The notes under the pieces: model-generated
The model's database searches: none
What the model saw: only the letters and a program-made list of their open reading frames with translations
What the model was told of the DNA's origin: nothing
Shown here: one piece after another, positions 40,063 to 50,374 of the stretch
Position numbering within the stretch: position 1 is the stretch's first letter
Layout of the letters: each line of letters starts with the position of its first letter
Translations under genes and position numbers: made by a program
Source: a plasmid
Strand: one strand, 5' to 3'
Sequence record: NZ_CP040051.1
Length of the DNA: 64,000 bases

Positions 40063-40882
40063 GGCACTGTTGCAAATAGTCGGTGGTGATAAACTTATCA
40101 TCCCCTTTTGCTGATGGAGCTGCACATGAACCCATTCAAAGGCCGGCATTTTCAGCGTGACATCATTCTGTGGGCCGTACGCTGGTACTGCAAATACGGC
40201 ATCAGTTACCGTGAGCTGCAGGAGATGCTGGCTGAACGCGGAGTGAATGTCGATCACTCCACGATTTACCGCTGGGTTCAGCGTTATGCGCCTGAAATGG
40301 AAAAACGGCTGCGCTGGTACTGGCGTAACCCTTCCGATCTTTGCCCGTGGCACATGGATGAAACCTACGTGAAGGTCAATGGCCGCTGGGCGTATCTGTA
40401 CCGGGCCGTCGACAGCCGGGGCCGCACTGTCGATTTTTATCTCTCCTCCCGTCGTAACAGCAAAGCTGCATACCGGTTTCTGGGTAAAATCCTCAACAAC
40501 GTGAAGAAGTGGCAGATCCCGCGATTCATCAACACGGATAAAGCGCCCGCCTATGGTCGCGCGCTTGCTCTGCTCAAACGCGAAGGCCGGTGCCCGTCTG
40601 ACGTTGAACACCGACAGATTAAGTACCGGAACAACGTGATTGAATGCGATCATGGCAAACTGAAACGGATAATCGGCGCCACGCTGGGATTTAAATCCAT
40701 GAAGACGGCTTACGCCACCATCAAAGGTATTGAGGTGATGCGTGCACTACGCAAAGGCCAGGCCTCAGCATTTTATTATGGTGATCCCCTGGGCGAAATG
40801 CGCCTGGTAAGCAGAGTTTTTGAAATGTAAGGCCTTTGAATAAGACAAAAGGCTGCCTCATCGCTAACTTTGCAACAGTGCC
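40063..40882 (+). mobile_element. IS26 (820 bp)
   Basis: 14 bp IRs GGCACTGTTGCAAA. Internal Tnp26 is identical in sequence to the well-known IS26 transposase. Confidence 0.95.
40126..40830 (+). CDS. tnp26: IS26 transposase Tnp26 (234 aa)
   Basis: [106 protein letters not shown]... Confidence 0.95.
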   Translation: MNPFKGRHFQRDIILWAVRWYCKYGISYRELQEMLAERGVNVDHSTIYRWVQRYAPEMEKRLRWYWRNPSDLCPWHMDETYVKVNGRWAYLYRAVDSRGRTVDFYLSSRRNSKAAYRFLGKILNNVKKWQIPRFINTDKAPAYGRALALLKREGRCPSDVEHRQIKYRNNVIECDHGKLKRIIGATLGFKSMKTAYATIKGIEVMRALRKGQASAFYYGDPLGEMRLVSRVFEM

Positions 40883-41680
40883 TTCTACGGCACGTTTGAA
40901 GGCGCGCTGAAAGGTCTGGTCATACATGTGATGGCGACGCACGACACCGCTCCGTGGATCGGTCGAATGCGTGTGCTGCGCAAAAACCCAGAACCACGGC
41001 CAGGAATGCCCGGCGCGCGGATACTTCCGCTCAAGGGCGTCGGGAAGCGCAACGCCGCTGCGGCCCTCGGCCTGGTCCTTCAGCCACCATGCCCGTGCAC
41101 GCGACAGCTGCTCGCGCAGGCTGGGTGCCAAGCTCTCGGGTAACATCAAGGCCCGATCCTTGGAGCCCTTGCCCTCCCGCACGATGATCGTGCCGTGATC
41201 GAAATCCAGATCCTTGACCCGCAGTTGCAAACCCTCACTGATCCGCATGCCCGTTCCATACAGAAGCTGGGCGAACAAACGATGCTCGCCTTCCAGAAAA
41301 CCGAGGATGCGAACCACTTCATCCGGGGTCAGCACCACCGGCAAGCGCCGCGACGGCCGAGGTCTTCCGATCTCCTGAAGCCAGGGCAGATCCGTGCACA
41401 GCACCTTGCCGTAGAAGAACAGCAAGGCCGCCAATGCCTGACGATGCGTGGAGACCGAAACCTTGCGCTCGTTCGCCAGCCAGGACAGAAATGCCTCGAC
41501 TTCGCTGCTGCCCAAGGTTGCCGGGTGACGCACACCGTGGAAACGGATGAAGGCACGAACCCAGTGGACATAAGCCTGTTCGGTTGGTAAGCTGTAATGC
41601 AAGTAGCGTATGCGCTCACGCAACTGGTCCAGAACCTTGACCGAACGCAGCGGTGGTAACGGCGCAGTGGCGGTTTTCAT
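40883..41680 (-). pseudogene. intI1: class 1 integron integrase intI1, 3'-truncated by IS26
   Basis: [56 protein letters not shown]... is IntI1. Its C-terminal ~70 aa are replaced by IS26 sequence at the 40882 junction. Confidence 0.9.
41565..41593 (+). promoter_or_regulatory. integron cassette promoter, weak PcW variant (TGGACA-17 bp-TAAGCT)
   Basis: Hexamers and 17 bp spacing read directly. P2 is not activated (14 bp spacer between TTGTTA and TACAGT, no GGG insertion). Confidence 0.6.
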
Positions 41681-41754
41681 GGCTTGTTATGACTGTTTTT
41701 TTGTACAGTCTATGCCTCGGGCATCCAAGCAGCAAGCGCGTTACGCCGTGGGTC

Positions 41755-41818
41755 GATGTTTGATGTTATGGAGCAGCAACGATGTTACGCAGCAGGGCAG
41801 TCGCCCTAAAACAAAGTT
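41755..41818 (+). promoter_or_regulatory. attI1 recombination site
   Basis: ...GCAGCAGGGCAGTCGCCCTAAAACAAAGTT followed by the first cassette. Confidence 0.55.
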
Positions 41819-41852
41819 ATGCAGCCAAATCCCAACAATTAAGGGTCTTAAA

Positions 41853-42305
41853 ATGGTAAAAGATTGGATTCCCATCTCTCATGATAATTACAAGCAGGTG
41901 CAAGGACCGTTCTATCATGGAACCAAAGCCAATTTGGCGATTGGTGACTTGCTAACCACAGGGTTCATCTCTCATTTCGAGGACGGTCGTATTCTTAAGC
42001 ACATCTACTTTTCAGCCTTGATGGAGCCAGCAGTTTGGGGAGCTGAACTTGCTATGTCACTGTCTGGCCTCGAGGGTCGCGGCTACATATACATAGTTGA
42101 GCCAACAGGACCGTTCGAAGACGATCCGAATCTTACGAACAAAAAATTTCCCGGTAATCCAACACAGTCCTATAGAACCTGCGAACCCTTGAGAATTGTT
42201 GGCGTTGTTGAAGACTGGGAGGGGCATCCTGTTGAATTAATAAGGGGAATGTTGGATTCGTTAGAGGACTTAAAGCGCCGTGGTTTACACGTCATTGAAG
42301 ACTAG
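41853..42305 (+). CDS. arr-2: rifampin ADP-ribosyltransferase Arr-2 family (gene cassette 1)
   Basis: MVKDWIPISHDNYKQVQGPFYHGTKANLAIGDLLTTGFISHFEDGRILKHIYFSALMEPAVWGAELAMSLSG... 150 aa. The ORF-track entry 41610-42305 is an upstream read-through. Confidence 0.85.
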   Translation: MVKDWIPISHDNYKQVQGPFYHGTKANLAIGDLLTTGFISHFEDGRILKHIYFSALMEPAVWGAELAMSLSGLEGRGYIYIVEPTGPFEDDPNLTNKKFPGNPTQSYRTCEPLRIVGVVEDWEGHPVELIRGMLDSLEDLKRRGLHVIED

Positions 42306-42440
42306 TCCTTTGCATAACAAAGCCATCAAACCGGACGCCAGAGATTCCGCGCCTGTTGCGCATGGCTTCGCCATTTTATGCGCAATAGGCGCGCCACCCT
42401 GTCGCCGTTTATGGCGGCGTTGGGCGCACAATAAGGCTCC
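42306..42440 (+). promoter_or_regulatory. arr-2 attC (59-be), approximate limits
   Basis: Begins with the GCATAAC inverse core just after the stop; imperfect internal inverted repeats. Exact 3' boundary not resolved. Confidence 0.35.
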
Positions 42441-42496
42441 TCGCAGAGTTGCTTGAAAGTTGTTACGATTCAAATTCAATCATGAGATAGTCAGCA

Positions 42497-42526
42497 GATG
42501 AGCACTTCCAAGAACGCAGACAAGTA
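42497..42526 (+). CDS. cmlA translational-attenuation leader peptide (MSTSKNADK)
   Basis: ATGAGCACTTCCAAGAACGCAGACAAGTAA, 9 codons about 100 bp upstream of cmlA. Known chloramphenicol-inducible attenuator. Confidence 0.55.
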
Positions 42527-42625
42527 AGCCGCAGCAACCTTCATTTTTCGGTTGTTGCGGCGTTCTCATGAATCCTTTTGCTCTACGGGAGCGCCGCCAA
42601 ATCCTTTGTTCAAGGAGATGGTTTC

Positions 42626-43885
42626 GTGCGCTCAAAAAACTTTAGTTGGCGGTACTCCCTTGCCGCCACGGTGTTGTTGTTATCACCGTTCGATTTATTG
42701 GCATCACTCGGCATGGACATGTACTTGCCAGCAGTGCCGTTTATGCCAAACGCGCTTGGTACGACAGCGAGCACAATTCAGCTTACGCTGACAACGTACT
42801 TGGTCATGATTGGTGCCGGTCAGCTCTTGTTTGGACCGCTATCGGACCGACTGGGGCGCCGCCCCGTTCTACTGGGAGGTGGCCTCGCCTACGTTGTGGC
42901 GTCAATGGGCCTCGCTCTTACGTCATCGGCTGAAGTCTTTCTGGGGCTTCGGATTCTTCAGGCTTGTGGTGCCTCGGCGTGCCTTGTTTCCACATTTGCA
43001 ACAGTACGTGACATTTACGCAGGTCGCGAGGAAAGTAATGTCATTTACGGCATACTCGGATCCATGCTGGCCATGGTCCCGGCGGTAGGCCCATTGCTCG
43101 GAGCGCTCGTCGACATGTGGCTTGGGTGGCGGGCTATCTTTGCGTTTCTAGGTTTGGGCATGATCGCTGCATCTGCAGCAGCGTGGCGATTCTGGCCTGA
43201 AACCCGGGTGCAACGAGTTGCGGGCTTGCAATGGTCGCAGCTGCTACTCCCCGTTAAGTGCCTGAACTTCTGGTTGTACACGTTGTGTTACGCCGCTGGA
43301 ATGGGTAGCTTCTTCGTCTTTTTCTCCATTGCGCCCGGACTAATGATGGGCAGGCAAGGTGTGTCTCAGCTTGGCTTCAGCCTGCTGTTCGCCACAGTGG
43401 CAATTGCCATGGTGTTTACGGCTCGTTTTATGGGGCGTGTGATACCCAAGTGGGGCAGCCCAAGTGTCTTGCGAATGGGAATGGGATGCCTGATAGCTGG
43501 AGCAGTATTGCTTGCCATCACCGAAATATGGGCTTCGCAGTCCGTGTTAGGCTTTATTGCTCCAATGTGGCTAGTGGGTATTGGTGTCGCCACAGCGGTA
43601 TCTGTGTCGCCCAATGGCGCTCTTCGAGGATTCGACCATGTTGCTGGAACGGTCACGGCAGTCTACTTCTGCTTGGGCGGTGTACTGCTAGGAAGCATCG
43701 GAACGTTGATCATTTCGCTGTTGCCGCGCAACACGGCTTGGCCGGTTGTCGTGTACTGTTTGACCCTTGCAACAGTCGTGCTCGGTCTGTCTTGTGTTTC
43801 CCGAGTGAAGGGCTCTCGCGGCCAGGGGGAGCATGATGTGGTCGCGCTACAAAGTGCGGAAAGTACATCAAATCCCAATCGTTGA
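42626..43885 (+). CDS. cmlA: chloramphenicol efflux MFS transporter CmlA (cmlA1/cmlA5 type; gene cassette 2)
   Basis: (V)RSKNFSWRYSLAATVLLLSPFDLLASLGMDMYLPAVPFMPNALGTTASTIQLTLTTYLVMIGAGQLLFGPLSDRLGRR... 419 aa. GTG start. Confidence 0.9.
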   Translation: MRSKNFSWRYSLAATVLLLSPFDLLASLGMDMYLPAVPFMPNALGTTASTIQLTLTTYLVMIGAGQLLFGPLSDRLGRRPVLLGGGLAYVVASMGLALTSSAEVFLGLRILQACGASACLVSTFATVRDIYAGREESNVIYGILGSMLAMVPAVGPLLGALVDMWLGWRAIFAFLGLGMIAASAAAWRFWPETRVQRVAGLQWSQLLLPVKCLNFWLYTLCYAAGMGSFFVFFSIAPGLMMGRQGVSQLGFSLLFATVAIAMVFTARFMGRVIPKWGSPSVLRMGMGCLIAGAVLLAITEIWASQSVLGFIAPMWLVGIGVATAVSVSPNGALRGFDHVAGTVTAVYFCLGGVLLGSIGTLIISLLPRNTAWPVVVYCLTLATVVLGLSCVSRVKGSRGQGEHDVVALQSAESTSNPNR

Positions 43886-43975
43886 GAGAATGTGGCAAGC
43901 TATCGCCCAACAAATCGCTGCAGCCGACCCAAAACCGCTACGCGGTTTCGGTCGGCTGAGCTCAGGCGTTAGATG
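43886..43975 (+). promoter_or_regulatory. cmlA attC, ending at the GTTAGAT start of the 3'-conserved segment
   Basis: Inverted repeats CGCCCAACAAATCGCTGC...GCGGTTTCGGTCGGC, followed by GTTAGATGCACTAAGCACATAATTGCTCACAGCC (3'-CS). Confidence 0.45.
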
Positions 43976-44076
43976 CACTAAGCACATAATTGCTCACAGC
44001 CAAACTATCAGGTCAAGTCTGCTTTTATTATTTTTAAGCGTGCATAATAAGCCCTACACAAATTGGGAGATATATC

Positions 44077-44424
44077 ATGAAAGGCTGGCTTTTTCTTGTT
44101 ATCGCAATAGTTGGCGAAGTAATCGCAACATCCGCATTAAAATCTAGCGAGGGCTTTACTAAGCTTGCCCCTTCCGCCGTTGTCATAATCGGTTATGGCA
44201 TCGCATTTTATTTTCTTTCTCTGGTTCTGAAATCCATCCCTGTCGGTGTTGCTTATGCAGTCTGGTCGGGACTCGGCGTCGTCATAATTACAGCCATTGC
44301 CTGGTTGCTTCATGGGCAAAAGCTTGATGCGTGGGGCTTTGTAGGTATGGGGCTCATAATTGCTGCCTTTTTGCTCGCCCGATCCCCATCGTGGAAGTCG
44401 CTGCGGAGGCCGACGCCATGGTGA
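44077..44424 (+). CDS. qacEdelta1: quaternary-ammonium-compound efflux SMR protein QacEdelta1
   Basis: [115 protein letters not shown], 115 aa. Confidence 0.95.
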   Translation: MKGWLFLVIAIVGEVIATSALKSSEGFTKLAPSAVVIIGYGIAFYFLSLVLKSIPVGVAYAVWSGLGVVIITAIAWLLHGQKLDAWGFVGMGLIIAAFLLARSPSWKSLRRPTPW

Positions 44425-45257
44425 CGGTGTTCGGCATTCTGAATCTCACCGAGGACTCCTTCTTCGATGAGAGCCGGCGGCTAGACCCCGCCGGCGCTGT
44501 CACCGCGGCGATCGAAATGCTGCGAGTCGGATCAGACGTCGTGGATGTCGGACCGGCCGCCAGCCATCCGGACGCGAGGCCTGTATCGCCGGCCGATGAG
44601 ATCAGACGTATTGCGCCGCTCTTAGACGCCCTGTCCGATCAGATGCACCGTGTTTCAATCGACAGCTTCCAACCGGAAACCCAGCGCTATGCGCTCAAGC
44701 GCGGCGTGGGCTACCTGAACGATATCCAAGGATTTCCTGACCCTGCGCTCTATCCCGATATTGCTGAGGCGGACTGCAGGCTGGTGGTTATGCACTCAGC
44801 GCAGCGGGATGGCATCGCCACCCGCACCGGTCACCTTCGACCCGAAGACGCGCTCGACGAGATTGTGCGGTTCTTCGAGGCGCGGGTTTCCGCCTTGCGA
44901 CGGAGCGGGGTCGCTGCCGACCGGCTCATCCTCGATCCGGGGATGGGATTTTTCTTGAGCCCCGCACCGGAAACATCGCTGCACGTGCTGTCGAACCTTC
45001 AAAAGCTGAAGTCGGCGTTGGGGCTTCCGCTATTGGTCTCGGTGTCGCGGAAATCCTTCTTGGGCGCCACCGTTGGCCTTCCTGTAAAGGATCTGGGTCC
45101 AGCGAGCCTTGCGGCGGAACTTCACGCGATCGGCAATGGCGCTGACTACGTCCGCACCCACGCGCCTGGAGATCTGCGAAGCGCAATCACCTTCTCGGAA
45201 ACCCTCGCGAAATTTCGCAGTCGCGACGCCAGAGACCGAGGGTTAGATCATGCCTAG
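44417..45257 (+). CDS. sul1: sulfonamide-resistant dihydropteroate synthase Sul1
   Basis: [72 protein letters not shown]... 279 aa. Overlaps the qacEdelta1 end. Confidence 0.95.
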
Positions 45258-45660
45258 CATTCACCTTTCCGCCGCCCGCTAAATATCTCCTTTTGGGTTG
45301 TTAATAAAACATCCAATAAGTTGACTGTGCGTGAAAAAGAAAGTTTTGTGTGATGGCGTTGAAGATCGCACCGTTAAGCTCTTATGTGGGATGGTGCAGA
45401 GCTCGACGACTACCGATAAAACGCAACCGCCGCAAACAGACAAGAAAAAGCCCCAACTGATAACAGTTGGGGCTTCAGTATTGTGATTGGTGGAGCAATA
45501 GCACCCTGAACCAAAAACCTTCTCGCTCAACGGTAGTGGCTGATAACAACTCGTGAGGGCTATTGCGGGTTAAGCATTTAGCGATGTCTAGGGCCAGACT
45601 GGACGTCTGAACGCAAGCCGCTGATACTGTACATAACCACAGTATCAGCGGAGGATACCC

Positions 45661-47202
45661 ATGTCGCTGGCAAGGAACGCCACGGCGAGTCAATCGCCCA
45701 CTCAAACAAACGGTTACGAACGCCACCAACCCGACCAGACGCTGCTCTACCAGCTGGTTGAGCAGCACTACCCAGCCTTCAAAGCCTCACTCGAAGCCCA
45801 AGGTCAACACCTGCCTCGCTACATCCAACAAGAATTCAACGACCTCCTCCAATGTGGCCGTCTGGAGTATGGTTTCATGCGGGTTCGCTGCGAGGATTGT
45901 CATCACGAGCGTCTGGTCGCCTTCAGCTGTAAACGACGCGGCTTTTGCCCTAGCTGCGGTGCCCGCCGGATGGCCGAGAGTGCGGCGCTGCTGATAGACG
46001 AAGTCTTCCCCAAGGAGCCCATTCGCCAGTGGGTGCTCAGCTTTCCTTTCCAGCTACGCTTTTTGCTGGCTCGCCATCCCCAGCTGATGGGCCAGGTCTT
46101 GAGTATCGTCTATCGTACACTCTCAACTCATCTGATCAAAAAAGCCGGTTACACCAAAGCCTCTGCACAAACTGGCTCAGTGACTCTTATCCAACGCTTT
46201 GGCTCCGCGCTAAATCTCAATGTCCACTACCACATGCTGTTTCTCGATGGTGTCTATGCCGAAGATGACTATGGCAAGCAACGCTTCCATCGTGTCAAGG
46301 CACCCACTTACGATGAGCTGAATACGCTCGCTCACACCCTCAGCCATCGCATCGCTCGCTGCATGGAAAAGCGTGGGATTTTGGAGCGTGATGCCGAGAA
46401 TACGTGGTTGACACTGGAAGAGGGCGAAGACGATACGCTGACTCAATTACATGGTGCTTCGGTTACGTATCGCATTGCCGTCGGCCCCCAGCAAGGGCGC
46501 AAAGTCTTCACCCTGCAAACCTTGCCAGGGCGTGAGGATAAAGCCGACTCAAGCAGTCGAGTAGCCAACCATGCTGGTTTCTCGCTACACGCCGGTGTGA
46601 TGGCCGAAGCGCATCAGCGGGATAAGCTTGAGCGCTTGTGTCGCTACATTAGTCGGCCAGCGGTTTCAGAAAAACGTCTGGCATTAACCGCCAATGGGCA
46701 GGTGCGTTACGAGCTCAAAACTCCGTACCGCAATGGCACCACCCATGTGATCTTCGAGCCGCTGGACTTCATCGCCAAACTCGCTGCGTTGGTACCTAAG
46801 CCGCGAGTCAACCTCACACGCTTCCACGGCGTCTTTGCACCGAACAGCAAACACCGAGTTCAAGTAACACCCGCCAAGCGGGGCAAGAAGCCCGACAAAT
46901 CGGAAGGTCTCGATACTAACTGGCGTGACAAGAGTCCTGCAGAGCGCCACCGCGCCATGACCTGGATGCAACGCCTCAAGCGAGTCTTCAATATTGATAT
47001 TGAAGTCTGCGAACACTGCGGCGGTCACGTCAAAGTGATTGCCAGCATCGAAGATCCGAAGGTCATTGAGCAGATTCTCAAGCATCTGAAACAGAAAACA
47101 GCCAAGGCGAATGCCGCCAAGCAGCGTGAGCTGCCACCAGAACGAGCGCCGCCACTGACTCCCAGCCTGTTCGATCCATCACAGAGTCGTCTCTTTGACT
47201 GA
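45661..47202 (+). CDS. ISCR1 (orf513) IS91-family transposase, 513 aa, copy 1
   Basis: 513 aa IS91-like protein directly downstream of the sul1 3'-CS, as in complex class 1 integrons. About 65% identical to the ISCR2 protein at 28877. Confidence 0.85.
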   Translation: MSLARNATASQSPTQTNGYERHQPDQTLLYQLVEQHYPAFKASLEAQGQHLPRYIQQEFNDLLQCGRLEYGFMRVRCEDCHHERLVAFSCKRRGFCPSCGARRMAESAALLIDEVFPKEPIRQWVLSFPFQLRFLLARHPQLMGQVLSIVYRTLSTHLIKKAGYTKASAQTGSVTLIQRFGSALNLNVHYHMLFLDGVYAEDDYGKQRFHRVKAPTYDELNTLAHTLSHRIARCMEKRGILERDAENTWLTLEEGEDDTLTQLHGASVTYRIAVGPQQGRKVFTLQTLPGREDKADSSSRVANHAGFSLHAGVMAEAHQRDKLERLCRYISRPAVSEKRLALTANGQVRYELKTPYRNGTTHVIFEPLDFIAKLAALVPKPRVNLTRFHGVFAPNSKHRVQVTPAKRGKKPDKSEGLDTNWRDKSPAERHRAMTWMQRLKRVFNIDIEVCEHCGGHVKVIASIEDPKVIEQILKHLKQKTAKANAAKQRELPPERAPPLTPSLFDPSQSRLFD

Positions 47203-47420
47203 CGACCCCAAATCCAACACTGCTCAACACTGCCAACTTTTAAACGGGGCGGTGGGGCAGTTTGTATCTCTCGAGCTATCAGGCTAGAGATTTTACCGCC
47301 AAATCGAACCTTATTAGAGCGGTTTAGGCTGGACCGGCAGTTAAAATTGGGGCTTGAGCGGTAAACGAGTGAGGGAATTTCAGGTAAGATACTTCGGATG
47401 AGGAGCAAAAAGGTGGTTTA

Positions 47421-47456
47421 TACTTCCTATACCCTTTATACTTCCTATACCCTTTA
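47421..47456 (+). repeat. tandem duplication (2 x 18 bp, TACTTCCTATACCCTTTA) at the ISCR1 oriIS-proximal end
   Basis: Two exact adjacent 18-mers. The second ISCR1 copy (53356-53374) has a single unit. Confidence 0.6.
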
Positions 47457-47526
47457 TCAGACTTAAAAAAGGCAGCGTTGGCTGCCTTTTGTATAATTCA
47501 TCTCTACTTATCACAAGGACAATCCG

Positions 47527-48453
47527 ATGAATGTCATTATAAAAGCTGTAGTTACTGCCTCGACGCTACTGATGGTATCTTTTAGTTCATTCGAAACCTC
47601 AGCGCAATCCCCACTGTTAAAAGAGCAAATTGAATCCATAGTCATTGGAAAAAAAGCCACTGTAGGCGTTGCAGTGTGGGGGCCTGACGATCTGGAACCT
47701 TTACTGATTAATCCTTTTGAAAAATTCCCAATGCAAAGTGTATTTAAATTGCATTTAGCTATGTTGGTACTGCATCAGGTTGATCAGGGAAAGTTGGATT
47801 TAAATCAGACCGTTATCGTAAACAGGGCTAAGGTTTTACAGAATACCTGGGCTCCGATAATGAAAGCGTATCAGGGAGACCAGTTTAGTGTTCCAGTGCA
47901 GCAACTGCTGCAATACTCGGTCTCGCACAGCGATAACGTGGCCTGTGATTTGTTATTTGAACTGGTTGGTGGACCAGCTGCTTTGCATGACTATATCCAG
48001 TCTATGGGTATAAAGGAGACCGCTGTGGTCGCAAATGAAGCGCAGATGCACGCCGATGATCAGGTGCAGTATCAAAACTGGACCTCGATGAAGGGGGCCG
48101 CAGAGATCCTGAAAAAGTTTGAGCAAAAAACACAGCTGTCTGAAACCTCGCAGGCTTTGTTATGGAAGTGGATGGTCGAAACCACCACAGGACCAGAGCG
48201 GTTAAAAGGTTTGTTACCAGCTGGTACTGTGGTCGCACATAAAACTGGTACTTCGGGTGTCAGAGCCGGGAAAACTGCGGCCACTAATGATTTAGGTATC
48301 ATTCTGTTGCCTGATGGACGGCCCTTGCTGGTTGCTGTTTTTGTGAAAGACTCAGCCGAGTCAAGCCGAACCAATGAAGCTATCATTGCGCAGGTTGCTC
48401 AGGCTGCGTATCAATTTGAATTGAAAAAGCTTTCTGCCCTAAGCCCAAATTAA
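47527..48453 (+). CDS. blaPER: PER-type extended-spectrum class A beta-lactamase (PER-1/PER-7-like)
   Basis: 308 aa, MNVIIKAVVTASTLLMVSFSSFETSAQSPLLKEQIESIVIGKKATVGVAVWGPDD... Class A motifs SVFK and KTG. The ISCR1 linkage is typical of blaPER-7 in Acinetobacter. Confidence 0.9.
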   Translation: MNVIIKAVVTASTLLMVSFSSFETSAQSPLLKEQIESIVIGKKATVGVAVWGPDDLEPLLINPFEKFPMQSVFKLHLAMLVLHQVDQGKLDLNQTVIVNRAKVLQNTWAPIMKAYQGDQFSVPVQQLLQYSVSHSDNVACDLLFELVGGPAALHDYIQSMGIKETAVVANEAQMHADDQVQYQNWTSMKGAAEILKKFEQKTQLSETSQALLWKWMVETTTGPERLKGLLPAGTVVAHKTGTSGVRAGKTAATNDLGIILLPDGRPLLVAVFVKDSAESSRTNEAIIAQVAQAAYQFELKKLSALSPN

Positions 48454-48526
48454 CAGACTATCAGCACTATCTAAGCCGCTGACTCTGGTTGTACACTAAA
48501 GCTATGGTTTGAAATTGGAGTAGGTT

Positions 48527-49102
48527 ATGCAGTTATTAGGTTCAGTGGCTTCCCCTTTTGTTCGTCGTTTACGTTTAGTACTGGCAGGGCAACCTTATCA
48601 GTTTGTAGCGCTTAATATTTTTGAGTCTGAAGGCCGTTCAGTGTTGGTACAACATAATCCGGCACGCAAAGTGCCTGTGTTAGTGGATGGAGAGCAGGTT
48701 ATTTTTGATTCAGGCGTAATTTATCGTTATTTGGCTTCGAAACTGAAATTCAAACCATTGAGCTGGGATCAGGAAAACGGTCTGACGACCATCAATGCCT
48801 GCACAGACTCCTTGGTTGAATTACTGCTTTGTAAGCGCTCAGGTTTTGACGTGACTGAAGATAAATTGTTTTTTAATCTTCAGCATGAGCGAATTCAGGC
48901 GACGCTAGAGGCACTTGAGCAACAAATCAGGGCAGGGCATTTCGGTGACTGGGACTATCCTGGTATCAGTCTGTTCACTTTAATCGACTGGATATTGTTC
49001 CGCGATTTAGTCGACTTAAAACCCTTCCCTGTATTATTACAGTTCAGAAATGCGCATTTAAACCGGCCGATGGTCGCTGAAACCGACCCGCGTTTAAGCT
49101 AA
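48527..49102 (+). CDS. gst: glutathione S-transferase
   Basis: 191 aa GST-fold protein. The known gst-abct partner genes downstream of blaPER. Confidence 0.8.
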   Translation: MQLLGSVASPFVRRLRLVLAGQPYQFVALNIFESEGRSVLVQHNPARKVPVLVDGEQVIFDSGVIYRYLASKLKFKPLSWDQENGLTTINACTDSLVELLLCKRSGFDVTEDKLFFNLQHERIQATLEALEQQIRAGHFGDWDYPGISLFTLIDWILFRDLVDLKPFPVLLQFRNAHLNRPMVAETDPRLS

Positions 49103-49140
49103 AAACAACAGGTCAGAGCCAAGACTCTGACCTTTATTAT

Positions 49141-50148
49141 TTATTCCACACCAATAAAGCCGCCGGTTTGATGCGCCCATAATTGAGCGTAAATACCGCC
49201 TTTGGCGATCAGTTCCTGATGACTGCCTTGTTCCACAATACGACCTTGATCCAGAACGATCAGCCTGTCCATAGCTGCTATGGTAGATAAACGGTGTGCA
49301 ATGGCTATAACCGTTTTGCCTATCATCAACTGAGTCAGACTATGCTGAATAGCCGATTCTACTTCGGAGTCCAGCGCTGAGGTAGCTTCATCCAGAATCA
49401 GAATAGGGGCGTTTTTCAGTAAAACCCGAGCTATTGCAATACGTTGACGTTGACCACCAGAAAGCTTGACTCCACGTTCGCCCACCTGAGCGTCGTAGCC
49501 ACTGTTGCCTTTAGGATCGGTAAGCTCCTGAATAAAAGCATCGGCTTCGGCTAAACGGGCTGCTTCAATCATTTCCGCTTCGGTAGCGCCAGGACGACCA
49601 TATAAAATATTTTCCCTTACAGTACGGTGTAGCAGGGAGGTATCCTGGGTCACCATAGCTATATGAGCGCGAAGACTTTCCTGGGATACGGTTTTAATGT
49701 CCTGACCGTCTATCAAAATCTGGCCTGAATTGACATCATAAAAGCGCAGCAGTAAGTTCACCAGCGTGGATTTACCAGCACCAGAACGGCCGACTAAACC
49801 TACTTTTTCACCGGGTTTAATCGACAAGTCCAAACCATCAATCACAGGACCATGTTCACCTGCTGCTTTGCCGTAGTTAAAGTTCAGTTGCTTAAACTCA
49901 ATCTGACCTTGTGGCACTTCAAGCGGCTTCGCATCAGCTTTGTCGATGATTTGCTGAGGCTGAGACAAAGTCGCAATACCATCTGCCACAGTACCTATGT
50001 TTTCAAACAGTGCACTGACTTCCCACATGATCCACTGCGACATACCATTTAAACGCAGCGCCAGACTGACTGCGATGGCAATAGAGCCCACAGTGACGGC
50101 ATTGACAGACCAAAGCCATATCGCCAGCGTGGCAATAGAGAACACTGG
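49141..50148 (-). pseudogene. abct: ABC transporter (ATPase domain plus part of the permease), 5'-truncated: abct remnant
   Basis: Walker A GRSGAGKST, signature LSGGQRQR, Walker B ILILDEATSALD. The N-terminal membrane domain is cut at the junction with the qacEdelta1 fragment at about 50146. Confidence 0.7.
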
Positions 50149-50374
50149 CATCGCATTTTATTTTCTTTCTCTGGTTCTGAAATCCATCCCTGTCGGTGTT
50201 GCTTATGCAGTCTGGTCGGGACTCGGCGTCGTCATAATTACAGCCATTGCCTGGTTGCTTCATGGGCAAAAGCTTGATGCGTGGGGCTTTGTAGGTATGG
50301 GGCTCATAATTGCTGCCTTTTTGCTCGCCCGATCCCCATCGTGGAAGTCGCTGCGGAGGCCGACGCCATGGTGA
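50146..50374 (+). pseudogene. qacEdelta1: qacEdelta1 3' fragment (second, truncated copy)
   Basis: Identical to 44196-44424 from ...[12 protein letters not shown] onward. Confidence 0.75.

Noticed and set aside
39953-40135. 60 aa minus-strand ORF ([15 protein letters not shown]...) at the left end of IS26
   Set aside because: It is read-through out of the IS26 terminal sequence into flanking DNA; the same 20 aa prefix appears fused to the repAciN remnant at 63166. Not a gene.
41610-42305. 231 aa ORF-track entry spanning attI1 and arr-2
   Set aside because: It is an upstream in-frame extension through the intI1 start and attI1. The real arr-2 starts at the ATG at 41853 (MVKDW...), matching known Arr-2 length.
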